Below, one piece after another: positions 61,604-64,000 of a stretch of 64,000 nucleotides of DNA. Origin of the DNA: Nitrospinaceae bacterium (lineage in GTDB: Bacteria; Nitrospinota; Nitrospinia; Nitrospinales; Nitrospinaceae); contig OZ250172.1 in NCBI GenBank assembly GCA_965237905.1, positions 1,888,001-1,952,000 on the forward strand, written 5' to 3'. The notes below the pieces were generated by a model. That model did no database searches and had not been told where the DNA came from. It worked only from the letters and a program-made list of their open reading frames with translations. How positions within the stretch are numbered: the stretch's first letter is position 1; every line of letters starts with the position of its first letter. A program made the translations under genes and the position numbers.

Positions 61604-61624
61604 GGTGAGTCCTCCGGCCTCAAC

Positions 61625-62113
61625 TTAGAAAGCGCGAAACTCCTTGACCAGAAAAATCGGGGTTTTCCCTGTCGTGCCGATATACACCATAAACAGCATG
61701 ACCTCGCCATTCTTTTTGACGTCTCTTTTGAGATGGGCGACCAGGATTTCCTGAATGGGAAGCCAATAGGTCTGGCCTTTCTCCCTCACCTTGATTTCCT
61801 TTTTGTAGGTCTTGGCCAGCAGGGCGGTATCTTTTTTCGCTGCTTCGCCCCACATTTTGATGAAAGAGCGACGGTCCCGCTTCATATTGCGCACCTTCCC
61901 CAGAAATAGAGCGGTAGATCGAAGGGGGTCTCCCTTGGGATGGAGATTGATGGCCACCACGCCCTTGGGAACTTTGCGGTTGCTGAGAGGGCTTGCGTGC
62001 TTTGCGGTGATGTCCGCCAGGGTTGCAGGATCGTAATCATTCCAACCGGCCCAGGCGGTTCCGGTGAGGGTGGTGCACAGCAGGCCGATCAGGATTTTGA
62101 TGCGCCACTTCAT
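61625..62113 (-). CDS. Hypothetical secreted protein
   Basis: Signal peptide ending AWA, AGGAG RBS. Confidence 0.75.
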   Translation of the reverse strand: MKWRIKILIGLLCTTLTGTAWAGWNDYDPATLADITAKHASPLSNRKVPKGVVAINLHPKGDPLRSTALFLGKVRNMKRDRRSFIKMWGEAAKKDTALLAKTYKKEIKVREKGQTYWLPIQEILVAHLKRDVKKNGEVMLFMVYIGTTGKTPIFLVKEFRAF

Positions 62114-62312
62114 GATACGTTGCTCCTAATAAAATGAAATTGTTCCAATAGTAATAGTGTAATAGGTAGGGCTGAAGGGTCAATCGGATAATTAAAGCAT
62201 CCCGACTCATTTTCTGGCACTGGCAGAGAAGCGCTGTTAAGATGGTGCTGACAATCTGATTTTGGAACCGATGTCCCAATGCTCCCCAACCTCAAACTCA
62301 TACAATAACCGG

Positions 62313-63554
62313 ATGACCACTCTCGACCTCATCGCCTGGCTGATGTTCATCACCGCCGGGTTCAGTTACCTCAACCACCGTTTCCTCAAGTTTCCCACCA
62401 GCATCGGGCTGATGGCGATTGCCCTCGTGTTTTCGATGATCTTGCTCGCGCTGGGAGAATTAAAATGGATTCCCGGGCTGGAGGATTCCGCGCGGGCGCT
62501 GTTGGAGTCCATTGACTTCAACCAACTGGTTCTGCACGGGATTTTGGGGGCGCTTCTGTTTGCCGGCGCCTTGCACATCAATCTGGAAGATCTGGCGAAA
62601 CAGAAATGGATCATCACCCTGCTGGCATCCGTCGGCGTGGTGTTGTCGACGACCATCGTCGCCGGGTTGATGTACTTTGTGTTGGGATGGCTGGGCATTG
62701 GCATCCCCTTCATCTATTGTCTCGTGTTTGGCGCGTTGATCTCGCCGACCGATCCCATCGCAGTGATGGCCATTTTAAAAACCGTTGGCGCGCCCAAGGC
62801 GTTGGAAACTAAAATCGCCGGCGAGTCGTTGTTCAATGATGGCGTGGCGGTGGTGATCTTCATCGTGCTTCTGGATATTGCCATCGGTACCCACGAGCCG
62901 TCGTTTGTTTCGATCACGGTTTTGTTTTTGAAGGAAGCAGTGGGCGGCGCGTTGTTCGGTCTGGCGGCGGGTTACGGAGCATACCGTATGTTGCGCACGG
63001 TGGACAATTATCAGGTCGAGGTCTTGATCACAATCGCGCTGGTGTTTGCCAGCTATGCCGCGGCGGAGGCGATACACGTCTCTGCACCCATCGCGGCGGT
63101 GGCGGCGGGATTGCTGATCGGCAACCACGGCCGGACGCTGGCCATGTCCGAGAAAACCATCGAACATGTCGATATGTTCTGGGAGCTGGTGGATGAAATT
63201 TTAAATGGGATATTGTTTGTTCTGTTGGGATTTGAGCTGTTGATCGTGACGTTCGACCTGTCCAGTTTCAAGGCCGCTGTGATAGCGATACCCGTTGTCC
63301 TGCTGGCGCGGTTGATCGGGGTGAGCCTGCCCATCTGGCTCATGAAATTCAAGCGTGAGTTCAGTCCGAACGCCATCAAGGTGTTGACGTGGGGCGGGCT
63401 GCGGGGAGGTATTTCCGTGGCGCTGGCGTTATCGCTGCCCGCATCTCCCGAACGCGAACTGATTTTAATGATGACCTATGTGGTGGTCGTGTTTTCCATC
63501 CTCGTTCAGGGATTGACCATCGGCAAACTGGTCCAGCGGGGACTAAAAAATTGA
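62313..63554 (+). CDS. CPA1/NhaP-type Na+/H+ antiporter
   Basis: GALISPTDPIAV, GESLFNDG, WGGLRGGISVALAL, VQGLT. Confidence 0.93.
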   Translation: MTTLDLIAWLMFITAGFSYLNHRFLKFPTSIGLMAIALVFSMILLALGELKWIPGLEDSARALLESIDFNQLVLHGILGALLFAGALHINLEDLAKQKWIITLLASVGVVLSTTIVAGLMYFVLGWLGIGIPFIYCLVFGALISPTDPIAVMAILKTVGAPKALETKIAGESLFNDGVAVVIFIVLLDIAIGTHEPSFVSITVLFLKEAVGGALFGLAAGYGAYRMLRTVDNYQVEVLITIALVFASYAAAEAIHVSAPIAAVAAGLLIGNHGRTLAMSEKTIEHVDMFWELVDEILNGILFVLLGFELLIVTFDLSSFKAAVIAIPVVLLARLIGVSLPIWLMKFKREFSPNAIKVLTWGGLRGGISVALALSLPASPERELILMMTYVVVVFSILVQGLTIGKLVQRGLKN

Positions 63555-63588
63555 CGGCGCCCCGGCACGTTGGATTTCCTTCTTATGA

Positions 63589-63999
63589 TTATCCCCGTCG
63601 GACGAGACGGGCGGCGTGGGAAATGGTTTTATCGTTTTTGTCGTACCAGTAGGGACAACCGTTGAGGTAAAAAACGATCTGGCCTTCGGAGCCGCGTTCG
63701 TCGCTGGTCCAGGAGCAGTTGCCCGCTCCCGGTGGAAACACCGCATCGATCTTGATATCTCCCCCCTTGAAATCCTTGTTCAGTTTTTGCTCGTCGTACA
63801 GGGAAGAGGCTTCGTGGATGGTCGGCAGTCGCCAGTCCGAATGTCCTGCGAATTTTTTCTCGTTCATTTCCTTTGCATACTCATTGGCTTCATCCCAGGA
63901 CAACTCCTTGTCCTTGTCCAGGCGGGAATCGTTGGCCATCCACATGAGGCTGGTCAGGGAATCGTATATGGTGTTGTCGTCGGTTTTGATAAAACGTGA
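63589..63999 (-). CDS. DUF1566 (Lcl C-terminal) domain protein, 5'-truncated by the window edge
   Basis: RFIKTDDNTIYDSLTSLMW..LSWDEA..GHSDWRLPTIHE..WTSD..RLVR. Confidence 0.85.
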   Translation of the reverse strand, partial: SRFIKTDDNTIYDSLTSLMWMANDSRLDKDKELSWDEANEYAKEMNEKKFAGHSDWRLPTIHEASSLYDEQKLNKDFKGGDIKIDAVFPPGAGNCSWTSDERGSEGQIVFYLNGCPYWYDKNDKTISHAARLVRRG

Positions 64000-64000
64000 T

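Overview
Bacterial chromosomal window, most likely Nitrospinota (Nitrospina-like). This is an inference from a UBact-type proteasome operon, shc and the general gene style. Housekeeping genes: clpX 3' end, lon, a frameshifted ppa, shc, rplM-rpsI, argC-argJ, a DinG helicase, pyrF, smc, hinT, nadA, fumC, an RpoH-like sigma factor and a CPA1 antiporter. Accessory genes: a czcCBA-type metal efflux operon, tandem GGDEF-PilZ cyclases and many repeat proteins (ankyrin, LRR, TPR). Highlights: (1) an AT-rich DUF3800 gene faced by a convergent ~90-nt structured RNA with its own TTGACA-N17-TAAATT promoter and U7 end; (2) a complete arc-dop-ubact-prcB-prcA-pafA operon whose 58-aa UBact gene is missing from the ORF track and whose ATPase lacks the GQYL docking tail; (3) a His-rich leader ORF ending in RSPP ahead of czcCBA, a candidate arrest peptide; (4) a catalytically degenerate SIR2-TPR protein; (5) tandem NrdR-like boxes ahead of smc; (6) dispersed REP-like hairpins with compensatory changes. 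No rRNA, tRNA, CRISPR array or transposase was recognised. All calls come from reading motifs by eye; no searches were run.
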